A model generated the notes under the pieces. The model was not told the DNA's origin and did not search any database. It was given only the letters and a program-made list of their open reading frames with translations. A DNA stretch of 64,000 nucleotides from Owenia fusiformis (lineage: Eukaryota), in assembly GCA_903813345.2 (NCBI GenBank), contig CAIIXF020000001.1, positions 33,356,001 to 33,420,000 on the forward strand, given 5' to 3'. Both the position numbers and the translations under genes were made by a program. Shown piece by piece: positions 36,331 to 48,623 of the stretch (its first letter is position 1; each line of letters starts with the position of its first letter).

Positions 36331-39300
36331 TAACTAGACTTTGGAAAAGACTCCAGATCTAGACTTTTTTAAGCCCAGTCATACAGAATAAGCCGAGTCA
36401 TCCAGATTAAGCTGAGTCATCAAAAATAAGCTGAGTCATCCAGAAAAAGATGGATGGGTGGATTGAATAGGTAGGAAGAATATTATAGAATAGGAAAGAA
36501 AAATAGGATAGAATAGGAAAGAAGGATAGGATAGGATAGAATAAGAAAGAAGGATAGGATAGGTTATGAAGGATAGGAAGGAAATGATGAGAAGGAAGGA
36601 TAGATAGAAGGGATAACAAAGAATAGGAAGGAACGATAGGATAGAATAGGAAAGAAGGATACGATAGGATAGAATAGGAAGGATATGATAGGAAGGAAGG
36701 GTAGATAGGAAGGATAAGATCAGACAGGATAGGAAGGAAGGACGGGTGCATTTTTCAATATTTTCTTCGCTACTCTTGACTCTCTATCAGGATACCATTA
36801 GATCGATTTTTCCCGAAATTTCAAAATGCCATTACTTTCAAACCGGAAATTGGATCGAAATTTGGTTTCCAGATTCGGATTCCGGGGGAAATTCTACCCT
36901 TAATTCATAACTCATACGTTCAATTTTGAGAACTTTTTATTTTGACCTACATTTCGGACACCATATCTCAAAAGTGGGTTGAAGTACTTTATGACGGCAA
37001 AAAGCTAACACTATTAGCACACTCTTTCCTACCTGTATACAAAATTTTGAAACAAATCATGAAAATATAGTGTCAGAATCACAAAAATAAAGAAAAACTA
37101 TGAATTTGACCTAGATTTTGACCTAGGCATTTTGCTGACCAAATTTTGATTCCATGCAGCTTTAAGGTATTCTTCTTTTAAAAGTTTTCATTATATTTAG
37201 CTGTATTCAGTCAATATCTTGTATTTTACACTTCAAAAAAATCTTTTTTCCCATTGGCTTAACTTGGGGCACCAAATTTAGCAATTTTGAGCTTTCAAAA
37301 CGCCATAACTTCCGAACCGGAAGTCGGATCGAAATTTGGTTTGCAGAATCGGATTCCTGAGAAAATTATATTCTTAATTCATAACTCATACGTTGAATTT
37401 GGAGAACTTTTTATTTTGACCTACTTTTCGGACACCATATCTCAAAGTGGGTCAAAATACTTTCTGACGGCAAAAGGCTAACCCTATTAACACATTCTTG
37501 GCTACATGTATACAAAATTTCGAAGAATATAATTAAAGTGTAGTGTCAGAATCGCAAAAATAAGGAAAAACTTTGAATTTGACCTAGATTTTGACCTAGG
37601 CCCTGGACTGGATTTAGACCTAGACTTGACCTGGACCTGGACCAACACTGGACTTGGACCTGGACTGGACCTGGAAATGGACTGGACTGGTACTTTTTCA
37701 ATTTTTTTCACTTTTCTTGACTTTCTATAAGGGTACCATCAGATCGATTTTTCTGGAACTTTCAAAACGTCATTACTCTTGAACCGGAAGTCGGATTTCA
37801 ATTCGGTTTTCAGATTCGGAATCCTGAGAAAATTCTCTATAAGGCTGATACCCTGGACATTGAATTCGGAGAACTTTTGTTTGGACCTCTTTTCGGACAC
37901 TGATATCTCGAAATCGGTTCGAGATATCAAAAAACTAAATCGACAAATGCTTTCCTACTTTTTTTATGAGGAACACAATGAAAAAAAAACAGATCGAAAA
38001 TATTGAAGGACGACCGAGAAAATTGAAAAAAGTGACAAAGTACTGGATTTGACCTAGTTCTTGACCTTTGTTTAAAAGGCTTTCATTATATTAATATATT
38101 AAATTATCTATATCTCTGTTTTAACAATTCATAAAAATCTTTTTTTCCCATTGAATTAACATGGGGCACCAAATTTAGCCTATCCTTTTTGGTGTCCAAG
38201 CTTTCAAAACACAATTACTTCTGAACCAGGGTGAAATCGAAATTTGGTTTGCAGATTTGGATTCCTGGGAAAATTCTACCCTTAATTCATAACTCATAGA
38301 TTAAATTTAGAGAATTTTTTATTTTGACCTACTTTTGGACACCATATCTCAAAAGTGGATCCAAATACTTTCTGACGGCAAAAGGCTAACACTATTAGCA
38401 CACTCTTTGCTACCTGTATACAAAATTTTGAAGCAAATCATTCAAATGTAGTGTCAGAATCGCAAAAATAAGGGTAAACTATGAATTTGATCTCATTGAA
38501 AAGGCTAATACTATAAGCACACTCTTGGCTACATGTATACACAATTTCGAAGAATATAGTTAATCTGTAGTGTCAGAATCGCAAAAATAAGGAAAAACTT
38601 TGAATTTGACCTAGATTTTGACCTAGGCATTTTGGTGTCCAAATTTTGAAGCTAGATGGCTTTTGAGGTCCCATTCTTTTAAAAGCTTTCATTATATTTA
38701 GCTAAACTCAGTCTATATTTCGTATTTTTCACTTCAAAAAAATCTTTGAGCTTTCAAAACGCCACAACTTCCAAACCGGATGTCCGATCTGAATTTGGTT
38801 TTCAGATTCGGAATCCTGAGAAAATTTTCTATAAGACTAATATCCTGGACATTTGATTTGGAGAACTTTTTTTTGGACCTCGTTTTCGGACACTGATATC
38901 TCGAAATCGGTTCGAGATATCAAAAATCTAAATCGTATTGCGTTTTTCTACTTATTTTTATGAGGAACACAATGAAAAAACCCCGGATCAAAAATATTGA
39001 AGGACAACCGAGATAATGGGAAAAAGTGACAAAGTACTGGATTTGACCTAGTTCCTGACCTTTGACCTAGATAAAAATTTGACCCAATTTCCGAGAAACT
39101 AGATACTGGACCTAAATTGACCAAATGACTGACTTTACTGAAGACTTTATGGTTATTGAGAAAACTGGTTTAGAAAAATTACTAGATTGGAGAAATTAAA
39201 CAAGTTCAATTCAAGACTCCAGATTTAGATTGTTTATCTCAAAACCATTTTGAGATCTGATATTAATGAAAGAGTTGAGATTGTTACAATTTGGTGGCAG

Positions 39301-39854
39301 TGGTGGGATTTTTTTGAGATTTCAAAAGCCCATAACTTGTAAACCGGAAGTCAAATCTCAATCCTGGGAAAATTTCCTATTAAAACCTTAATTTGAACTT
39401 TGATATTAATGAGAAATAAAAAAATATTGGTCCGATTGACATGACATGGGGATATCATTAAATCATTTTTTCAAAATTTCAAAATGTCTTCACTCCTGAA
39501 CCGGGAGTTGGATCACAATTTCGTTTTCAGATTTAGAATCTTGAGACAATTTCCTATTAAATTATTACCAATTCTAATGGATTTTGAAAATTTAAAAAAT
39601 TCAACTTTTTTTGTGTCAAATTTCTCAAAATTCTCAAAAGTTACAATAAAAAATTAGTTCACTTAAAAGCGCTCCTTCTTAGCTACACGATGAAAAAAAA
39701 ATTGAGAAAAAATAATTAACCATAACAAAGATAATTGACAATTTGTAGATTTGACCTAGATTTTGACCTTTGACCTAGATAAAAATTTGACCTCATTTCC
39801 CAGAAACCAAGTCACATACCCTAACTGACCATGTAAACAGATTTACCCTAAGTC

Positions 39855-40414
39855 TTACTCCCATCGAGAGCTACTTAGATTTTGAAAGTATAGCTCTCTA
39901 TCGCTAGAATCAACTGCTTAAGAATCCTGACTTCAAAGAAAATTTCAGGGAATTCAGCTGACTCATGTTGCACATTATATACCTGAAAATGTATCCTACA
40001 TCGTCATCTTTCATTCAGCTCAACTATAGAACGTCTCACTGCCCTATGTATCGATCAGGACTTCATTTTATTGGTCGTGTCAAAAGTTTTGGCCAGGTAT
40101 ATTCAATATGGGGGCTTGACGTTTCCCAAGTTGCGCATGCGTCGATAGTATTTCCGTTTAACCGCCATATTGGAAATGGGTATCGAACAAAAAACGATTA
40201 GAACTCCTGATCGCAATAGAAGCACATCCGCGATCCTACATGCACGGGGAAAGTAGACACATATGAGCCCATATGTAGGCTACAGTTTGAGACAAACAGC
40301 AAGCCGCTGGCTGGCGCTGATCAAATTGAGATGTCACAATTCTTCAGCTGGGAGATCCTCACGATGGAGAGCTATACTTTCAAAGTCTAACATGGTAGCT
40401 CTCGACGTGAGTAA
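39855..40414. mobile_element. TIR element with 8-bp TSD inserted in a HINE body
   Basis: TTACTCCCATCGAGAGCTAC / GTAGCTCTCGACGTGAGTAA with ~80-bp imperfect arms. CCTAAGTC at 39847-39854 and 40415-40422. Confidence 0.85.
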
Positions 40415-41360
40415 CCTAAGTCTTCTAGTTATTGAGATATCTTGCTAAGAAAAATAACTAGATTGGAGAAATTGAACAAGTTCAATTCAAGACTCCAGAT
40501 TCCATTTTTTTTATTTATAAAATGATTTTGACATCTGATATAGATGAGAAAGTGTAATTTAAAGAAAATGTTTATGTTCGTCACAACTTTAAAAACAAAA
40601 TTTGATCAATAGTAAGGTAATCTCAAAATTAACAAAATTGACCTAGATTTTGACCTTGACCCTTAGCACTCAAAATTTTACTGAATTTTTGATGATTGGC
40701 TATTGATTACCATTGACTTAACATCAGGATGCTACATTGGTGGCAGCGGTAGGGATTTTTTGAGATTTCAAAAGGCCATAGCTCCTGAACCGGATGTCTG
40801 ATTTCAATTTTGTTTTCAGATTCGGAATCCTGAGAAAATTTCCTATTACAGTTAGATTTTGATCTTTGAAATTAATGAGAAATGAGAAAATTAACGGTCA
40901 GGTAGACATGCCATCAGGGTACCATCATATCATTTTTTTGAAATTTCAAAATGTGTTAACTCCTGAACCAGAAGTCAGACCACAATTTCGTTTTCAGATT
41001 CGGAATCCTGAGAAAATTTCCTGTTAAATTTTAATAGATTTGGAACAATTTAAATTTCACCCTTTTTTGGAGTCAAATTTCTCAAAATTGGTAAAATTTT
41101 CATCGAGACATTAGAGTGAGCGAAATGTTTGAAATACTTAGAGGGAGCTATAATTTAATTCATCGCAAGAAATATTGATAGATTAAAAAGAAAATTGAAA
41201 ATTTATGAAATTGAAAAAATTGACCTAAATTTTGACCTTTGACCTAGATAAAAATTTGACCCAATTTCCCAGAAACTAGGTCAAATAGCCTAACTGACCA
41301 TGTAATTAGATTTACTCCAAGTCTTCTAGTTACTGAGAAAACGTGCTAATAAGAATAAGA

Positions 41361-42503
41361 ACTAGACATTTAAAATCGCCACGGGGGCGATTTCGTAGAA
41401 TGCCGTTCCTCGCCGCAGCAGCAAATTCGGTGCACAATTGACCTTTTTCAAGGTCACGCAGAGGTCGAATTCCAAAACCGAAAGCATATTTAGAATCAGG
41501 GACATCCATACTTCATACTTGCAAAGAATTGGAATGAAAATCACCCAAATTATAAACCCTAGAGATATGTTAAATGGGAAGAGTAAGGCATGCAAAAAGT
41601 AACTACAGTGGCTCCTTGAACAGGTAAAACAAGAAATAAGTTTTACGTCATTTTACAGTGAAGGTCAAAGGTCAAGGTCCAAATGTAGACCTAATTTACT
41701 CTAGTTTAGTACAGTGTAATACAATGGTACCAATTTCGAATCAATTTGAGCAATTTTAGCAATTTAACCTTTTTGACCTTTTCAAGGTCACCCGGAGGTC
41801 AAATTCCAAAACCACAAGCATATTTAGAATCAGGGACATCCATACTTCATACTTGCAAAGAATTGGAATGAAAATCCTAGTTTTCAACTTTGAGGTCATT
41901 TGAAGGTCAATGTCAAAGGTCAAGGTCAAAATGGTGACCTAATTTACTCTATCCAAGTACAGTGTAATACAATGGTACCAATTTGGAATCAATTTGAGCG
42001 ATTTTGATTTTTGAACTTGTTGACCTTTTCAAGGTCACTCAGAGGTCGGATTCCAAAACCGAAAGCATATTTGGAATCAGGGGCTTCTATTCTTTATATC
42101 TGCTCAGAATTGGGATCGGATACACAGTTTTCAAATTTTGCCCCACTGGGGTGCCCCATTTTTCAAATTTGGGGCACCCAATTTTAAAACCCGGAATATA
42201 TGTGAAATGGCAATTGTGAGGGATGGCATATGCAAATTTTGGGTAAAAAATAAAAATGGTTACTCCTTGTACGTGCAAAAATGTAAAAATTTGCGATTTG
42301 ACCTTGGCTAATTAGGGAGGGGCTAATTAAAAAAATGAAGGCATTTCCCTGTAGCCCAGGAACATGTCAAGGTTGATGGTATATGCTAATTAGCTGACAT
42401 GTCGGTGTGTGCGGAGAAATCTTGCGTGGAATAATAATAATAATAATAAGAAAAAGGCGAAAACTATAGAATGCCGTTTCTTCGAAACACGGCATTCTAA
42501 TAA
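41361..42503 (-). mobile_element. Complete HINE-like element, family 4
   Basis: On the minus strand: head TTATTAGAATGCCGTG..ACGGCATTCTA plus (TTA)n; tail ACGGCATTCTA, AAATCGCC..GGCGATTT hairpin and CTAGT. Internal repeats near 41440, 41775 and 42020. Confidence 0.85.
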
Positions 42504-44559
42504 GAATAACTAGACTTTGGAAATTGTACGAAGTTCAATTTCAGACTCCAGATTTAGACCTTTTTTAGCCAAGTCATCCAGAATAAGCCGAGTCATCCAG
42601 AATAAGCTGAGTCATCCAGAAAAAGATGGATGGATAAAATAGGAAGGTAGGATAGGATAGAATAGGAAGGAACGATAGGATAGAATAAGAAAGAAGGATA
42701 GGATAGAACAGAATAGGAAGAAAGGATATGATAGGTGAGGATAGGAAGGAAAAGATACGAAGGAAGGATAGATAGGAAGGATAGGATAGGATCAGATAGG
42801 AAGGATGGATGCATTTTTCAATATTTTCTTCTCTACTCTTGACTTTCTATCAGGATACCATCAGATCGATTTTTTCGAAATTTCAAAACGCCATAACTTC
42901 CGAACCGGAAGTCGGATCGAAATCTTATTTAAAGATTCGGATTCCTGACCAAATTCTACCCCTAATTCATAAATCATATGTTAAATTTGGCGAATTTTTA
43001 TTTTGACCTACTTTTCGGACACACCATAACTTGGGAACCGGAAGTCAGATCGAAATTTGGTTTGCAGATTCGGATTTCTGAGAAAATTCTTTTAATAATT
43101 CATAACTCAAACGTTAAATTTGGAGAACTTCATATTTTGACCTACTTTTCGGACACCATATCTCAAAAGTGGGTCAAAATACTTTCTGACGGCAAAAGGC
43201 TAACACTATTAACACACTCTTGGCTACATATATACACAATTTCGAGGAATATAATTAAAGTGTAGTGTCAGAATCACAAAAATAAGGAAAACCTTTGGAT
43301 TTGACCTAGATTTTGACCTAGGTATTTTGGTGTCAAAATTTTGAAGCTAAATGGCTTTTGAGGTCCCCTTCTTTTAAAAGCTTTCATTAAATTAAGCTAA
43401 ACTCAGTCTATATTTCGTATTTTTCACTTCGTATTTTTCAGATTCTGAATCCTGAAAAAATTTCCTATAAGACTAATATCCTGTACATTTGATTCGGAGA
43501 AGTTTTTTTTGGACCTCGTTTTCGGACACTGATATCTCGAAATCGGTTTGAGATATCAAAAAACTAAATCGATCGAAACCTGGATCGAAAATATTGAAGG
43601 ACGACTGAGAAAATTGAAAAAAGTGACAAAGTACTGGATTTGACCTAGTTCTTGACCTTTGACCTAGATAAAAATTTGACCCAATTTCCGAGAAACTAGA
43701 TACTGTACCTAAATTGACCACATACCGATCTTGACTCAATGTCTTCTAGTTAATGAGAAAACGTAGGTAGAAGAATAACTAGATTTTGGAAATTGAACGA
43801 GTTCAATTTCAGACTCCAGATCTAGACTTTTTTTAGCCGAGTCATCCAGAATAAGCCAAGTCATCCAAAATAAGTTAAGTCATCCAGCAAAAGATGGATG
43901 GATGGATGGATGAAAAAGGAAGGAAGGATAGGATAGAATAGGAAGGAACGATAGGATAGAATAGGAAAGAAGGATAGAATAGAATAGGAAGAAGGGATAG
44001 AATAGGAAGGAGAGGATACGAAGCAAGGGTAGATAGGAAGGATAGGATAGGATCAGAAAGGAAGGATGGATGCATTTTTCAATATTTTCTTCTCTACTCT
44101 TGACTTTCTATCAGGATACCATCAGATCGATTTTTCTTGAAATTTCAAAACGCCATAACTTCCGAACTGGAAATCGGATCGAAATTTGATTTGCAGATTC
44201 GGATTCCTGAAAATTTTTTATTCCTAATTCATAACTCATACGTTAAATTTGGCGAATTTTTATTTTGACCTACTTTTCGGACACGCCATAACTTCGGACC
44301 CGGAAGTCGGATTGAAATTTGGTTTGCAGATTCGGATTTCTGAGAAAATTCTATTCTTAATTCATAACTCAAACGCTAAATTTGGAGAACTTTTTATTTT
44401 GACCTACTTTTCGGACACCATATCTCAAAAGTGGGTCAAAATACTTTCTGACGGCAAAAGGCTAACGCTATAAGCACACTCTTGGCTACATGTATACACA
44501 ATTTGGAGGAATATGAGGGTTGTCCCAGAAGTAATGCACTATATGATGATGCACTATAT

Positions 44560-44745
44560 GATGATTCTTATTATGAAAATCTAGATCTGACTAATTTTTT
44601 GGCATTCTGGGTAAATTTTAAGGTTGCAATTTTGGATTTTCCGTCCTCAAATTGTGTCGGTAAAGTCTTGTCTACTCATTTTCAGGATAACAATTTGACG
44701 GGATCACCCATTGGTGGGGATATTTTGTACACATTTGTGTTCTTT
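44560..44745 (+). mobile_element. 3' fragment of HINE family 2
   Basis: GGATCACCCATTGGTGGGGATATTTTGTACACATTTGTGTTC, as at 33648-33690. Confidence 0.75.
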
Positions 44746-45172
44746 CATATTTTTAGACTTAGCAAAACGATGAGGCATGAATTTCAAATGATTACAAATT
44801 AAATCTATATTGGGATCATCTTGCATACAGTAATATTATGTGGTAAAAGGTGATATCTGTCGGAATGCACGCTGTTTCGAATAAATTCATATTAGCCCTA
44901 TTTACACTACACGTGACATTCCAAGGCGTCTTGGCGAAAATGTAATAGAAATATTATGTTGAGTTTACACCATGTTGATTTATGTTGATTTCAGTACAAA
45001 CCTCTGAAAAATGCTAAAAGAGTAGTCGTTTTTATATCTCAGATTTACATTACCCCAGCCAGATCTCCCAGACTACATGTATTTGTCATAATTTAGGAAA
45101 TTGATTCGAGACGTTCTCTCCTCTTAGGGTACTTTTAATTGAATCTTAAATGTTTAATGTAGTTCACACTTA

Positions 45173-46330
45173 AAACTGCTCCGTCACAGTGGACGATAAA
45201 TGTAAACATTATTTTTTATAAAAAATATTAAAAATACCCAATACATCAAAATCTCATTAATACCTTCAGATCGAGCTGAAAATATTATTGTGTCACTATA
45301 TTGTACCATTAAAAAGAAATAAAAGAAATGGTACATTTTGGAGTATGATACTCCGACGCCATTTTCAATAGCTTTTACTCTTAGCATTGTTGGACTTCAA
45401 ACAGAAGTTAAATGTTGAATAAATAGTGCAGAGACTTATTCAACGATCATGGTCCTGGTGTCAAAATATATCAAATTTTGAATATTTCATCAAGGCTAAC
45501 ATCTATTTTCATTAGCTACAAAGAAAACCCCCGAACGTACCTAATTTCTGCCGATATTCACAATCACTGGCATCCTAAATCCCCGGGAATCTTCTCCCGA
45601 CATCGACAGAAAAAATGCTCACGTACCTTTTAATGATTTCCCGGTTATATTGTCATTGGATTCCAGCCCCGTTTTCACCTAACGTTCTATCCAACATTCT
45701 GTTTCCTTTATACCATGCGCGTGTCAAGAAGACCTTGAATATGGGCAGATTTGAGGTGTTTTAGTCTTAGATTTTTTTGATTTTTCTTCGTCAGTGGATC
45801 AGATTAACTGCAAGAGTCGCCAGTAATAGACCGTCAACGGCGGTCATATCGTGTACCATGCATACGGTTATATCAGACAACCGCAGTTATACTGTAACAT
45901 GCGGTCTTACCTATCTCAGCTGCAGCAAGAATTTTAAATGGCGGAGATTTAGAAATGTTTCAAAAAACAAAATGCGGGACGTCCAACCTTTCAATTGCTT
46001 ATTTAGAAGTCTATTTGCAAGTCTGATTGGTGGTATTCGTCGACAAGTGCATATATTTTAAGAAAATAGATATGGCGAAGAAGACATTAGGCCAAACATT
46101 GCACTAATAGCTCGGGAAAGGTAAAATGACTCCCAAATTTCTTCTATAGTCTTTATTCAACCTTTAAAGTTACCCGCAAATGATATATCCATTGCATGGA
46201 GTAAGTAATTTTCTTTGGTATAGCGAAACATATGAGTAAAAAAGAATATTAATTGTGTTGGTTTCTTATTGTTTCTATGCAAAATAGCACGCTCCGTCAC
46301 AGCAGACAAATTTTTCGATAATGGCCTGTG
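45173..46330 (-). mobile_element. Repeat family A copy 3 (inverted), split by a TTAA element
   Basis: Reverse complement of 8064-8450; ends GCCTGTG. Confidence 0.8.
45412..46163. mobile_element. Non-autonomous TTAA-targeting DNA transposon (Kolobok-like)
   Basis: TTAA|ATGTTGAATAAA...TTTATTCAACCT|TTAA. Single-TTAA empty sites at ~8205 and ~32480. Confidence 0.85.
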
Positions 46331-46334
46331 TTAA

Positions 46335-47325
46335 AGTGCCCGATAAACTATAAAATGCGCATGCGTCCAGGTGTTGATAAACTATAAATAGCGAAAATCC
46401 AGGGTTTGTCACCACAAGGTAAGCCAGGACGTGTTGAGAGAACAGCTAGTGTTGATATTGAATTTATATGTAGCCAGATAAGTTTCCTTATTGAAATTAC
46501 ATATGGTTATTAGCAATACTCTGTAGGTGCTAAATAATAAAATATTTAGAGTATATATGAGAGAAATTGGTCATTTCGAACCTGTTGAAAAGTTTGTGGC
46601 TCTCGGCTACACCGGGGAATTTACTTCCATGAGTACACACATAAATGTGGGGTTCCCCAAGAGGTACGCGACAAGGTGACCTGGCATCAAATGTGCGACT
46701 AAATGCTACTATCGAGAAGATAAAATAACGAATACAACAATAAGTTATTGCATGTGACAATTCCGAGCCTTCATCTCACTGAAGTATTTTGAAGTGAAAA
46801 TAGGATTTTGTTTTGATACATGGATTCAGATGAACGTAACTTTATTCTGACAACTAATCAAAACTGAACAAAATTGATTGTACGTAACAGACAATTTATT
46901 GTTTTACAATGTTTTGATTGGCTAAACGAATGAAACCAACAAATTATGACATGTAAAATGACAATTTTGAAATGTAAAATTTAAAAGTGACAAACACAAC
47001 CTCCCTATCCACTCTTTGGGACCCCTTGTAAATTAGTAATATGTACATGTAGCAGTGGTAGTGTACAGCTTATTATCACACTACGCTTTGTATTCTAAAG
47101 CCTGTTGTTTGTAATAACACTGTTCACTCAACGTATGTTTTGTGTGTGGGCAGTCAACGATAATCATTGTTTTATCCCGGTTATATGACCTCGGCAATTA
47201 TAAAAAAAACGCACTAAACGAAAAAACGCAAATAAGAGAAAGCTTTCACACACATATAAAAAATGAACTAGTCTAATCCGCCACTATAAACTCTGTGCTA
47301 TACGTAGCCGGATCAGGCGCACACT
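46335..47325. mobile_element. Possible further TTAA-flanked element
   Basis: TTAA|AGTG...CACT|TTAA with only a very short inverted match; no empty site. Confidence 0.3.
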
Positions 47326-47420
47326 TTAAACCAATTGATGAAAACATTCTGTAAAAAACGTTCCTTTAGACCTATGTAATGGTCACTGATTGATAACAAT
47401 TAATTGCGAAAACTATTTAT

Positions 47421-48060
47421 TAATATCCCATCAAACTAAGTTCAGAGGGATATAGGGAATGCCTCCATCTGTCCATCCGTCCTGGCAATAACTCAGATAC
47501 CGTTAGCCAGATTTTGTTCATATTTTGTACACATATACCCAATGGGGTAGAAGTTCTGCTCAGAAGCCGATTCTCAAAATGGCCACTCATTTGTAAATGG
47601 CAGCCATTTAGGTGCAATAGTATTTTACGATTTTTGCTGCAACTTGAAAAGAAGTGGAGCGATTTTGTTCATATTTGGTATTTGAAGACTATGATATTTT
47701 GATGACTGGTTTAAGAGAAACATGTGTTCAATTCAGTTTGCCATATCGATACCAATCCTTTGTGCCAAATCAGCTATACAGGTTGTTGCCAGGGTAGTTC
47801 ACGGGAGAAAAATCGAGCATTCCATTTTGCCACGGTCTCTCCTGTTTTGCGATGATTTTTGAAATTGGTGCCAAATCAGCTATACAAGTCATTGCCTGGG
47901 TAACTTGTCAGAGAAAGATTGAGTGTCCCATTTTATCCTGGTCTCCCCTATTGTTACGATGATTCTTTTAAATTGGCGCCAAATCAGCTTTATGTTGCCA
48001 GGGTGATTTGGGAAGCACATGCGTTATGGGGTATTTTAGTATTGTGTCTCAAAATTGGGC
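47421..48060 (+). mobile_element. HINE-like element related to family 3
   Basis: Head ATCCCATCAAAC..GTTCAGAGGGAT plus (CCAT/CCGT)n; ~110-bp internal repeats. Body matches the inverted copy at 62130-62321. Confidence 0.65.
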
Positions 48061-48623
48061 AGACTACTCAATCAACATGATCAGTTCAAGCTACTCCCGG
48101 GGAAACTACTAAACTTTGCCAGTAAAATTAATGGCGTCAAATCAAATCATGGACTTCTATTTTTATTATGTGTCCCCACCACATAGTGTGGGGCCATATT
48201 GTCGGCCTAGGCGCGTCCGTCTGTCTGTCCGTCCGTACGTCCGTCCGTCCGTCTGTACGTCCGGGAGTTTTCTCCAAAACCGCTACAGATATCACCTTCA
48301 AATTTTCAGGGATAAATTATGAGTGCATACAGATGTGGATGAAAAAATTTTAACTCGATACCTACTTCCTGTCGGCCATTTTGAAGTCAAATGCTAAAAT
48401 CCTTGTCTGCAAACTTTAAGAAAAACGGCTTCACAGTTGCTTTTATAAAACTTTAACATCTTGTTCAGCTCACTTCATTCTAGATCTGATTAGGTTTTGG
48501 ACCTGTTAGCTCAGTCATGTCAGCCATTTTGAATGTCTTAAGAAAAGTTAGCGCACAATAATACTTTGTATCATATTGAATGGTGTTTTTGAGTTTTCAT
48601 ACACTAACTATTTAGTAGCTTTA

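Larger units (their letters stand above)
36333..44510 (-). mobile_element. Second cluster of HINE family 1, inverted relative to the first
   Basis: Reverse-complement tails ACTAG...AATTGAACAAGTTCAATT..AGACTCCAGAT at ~36333 (partly deleted), 39181, 40457, 42509 and 43778. Same bodies and purine tracts as cluster 1. No family-1 heads seen. Confidence 0.85.
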
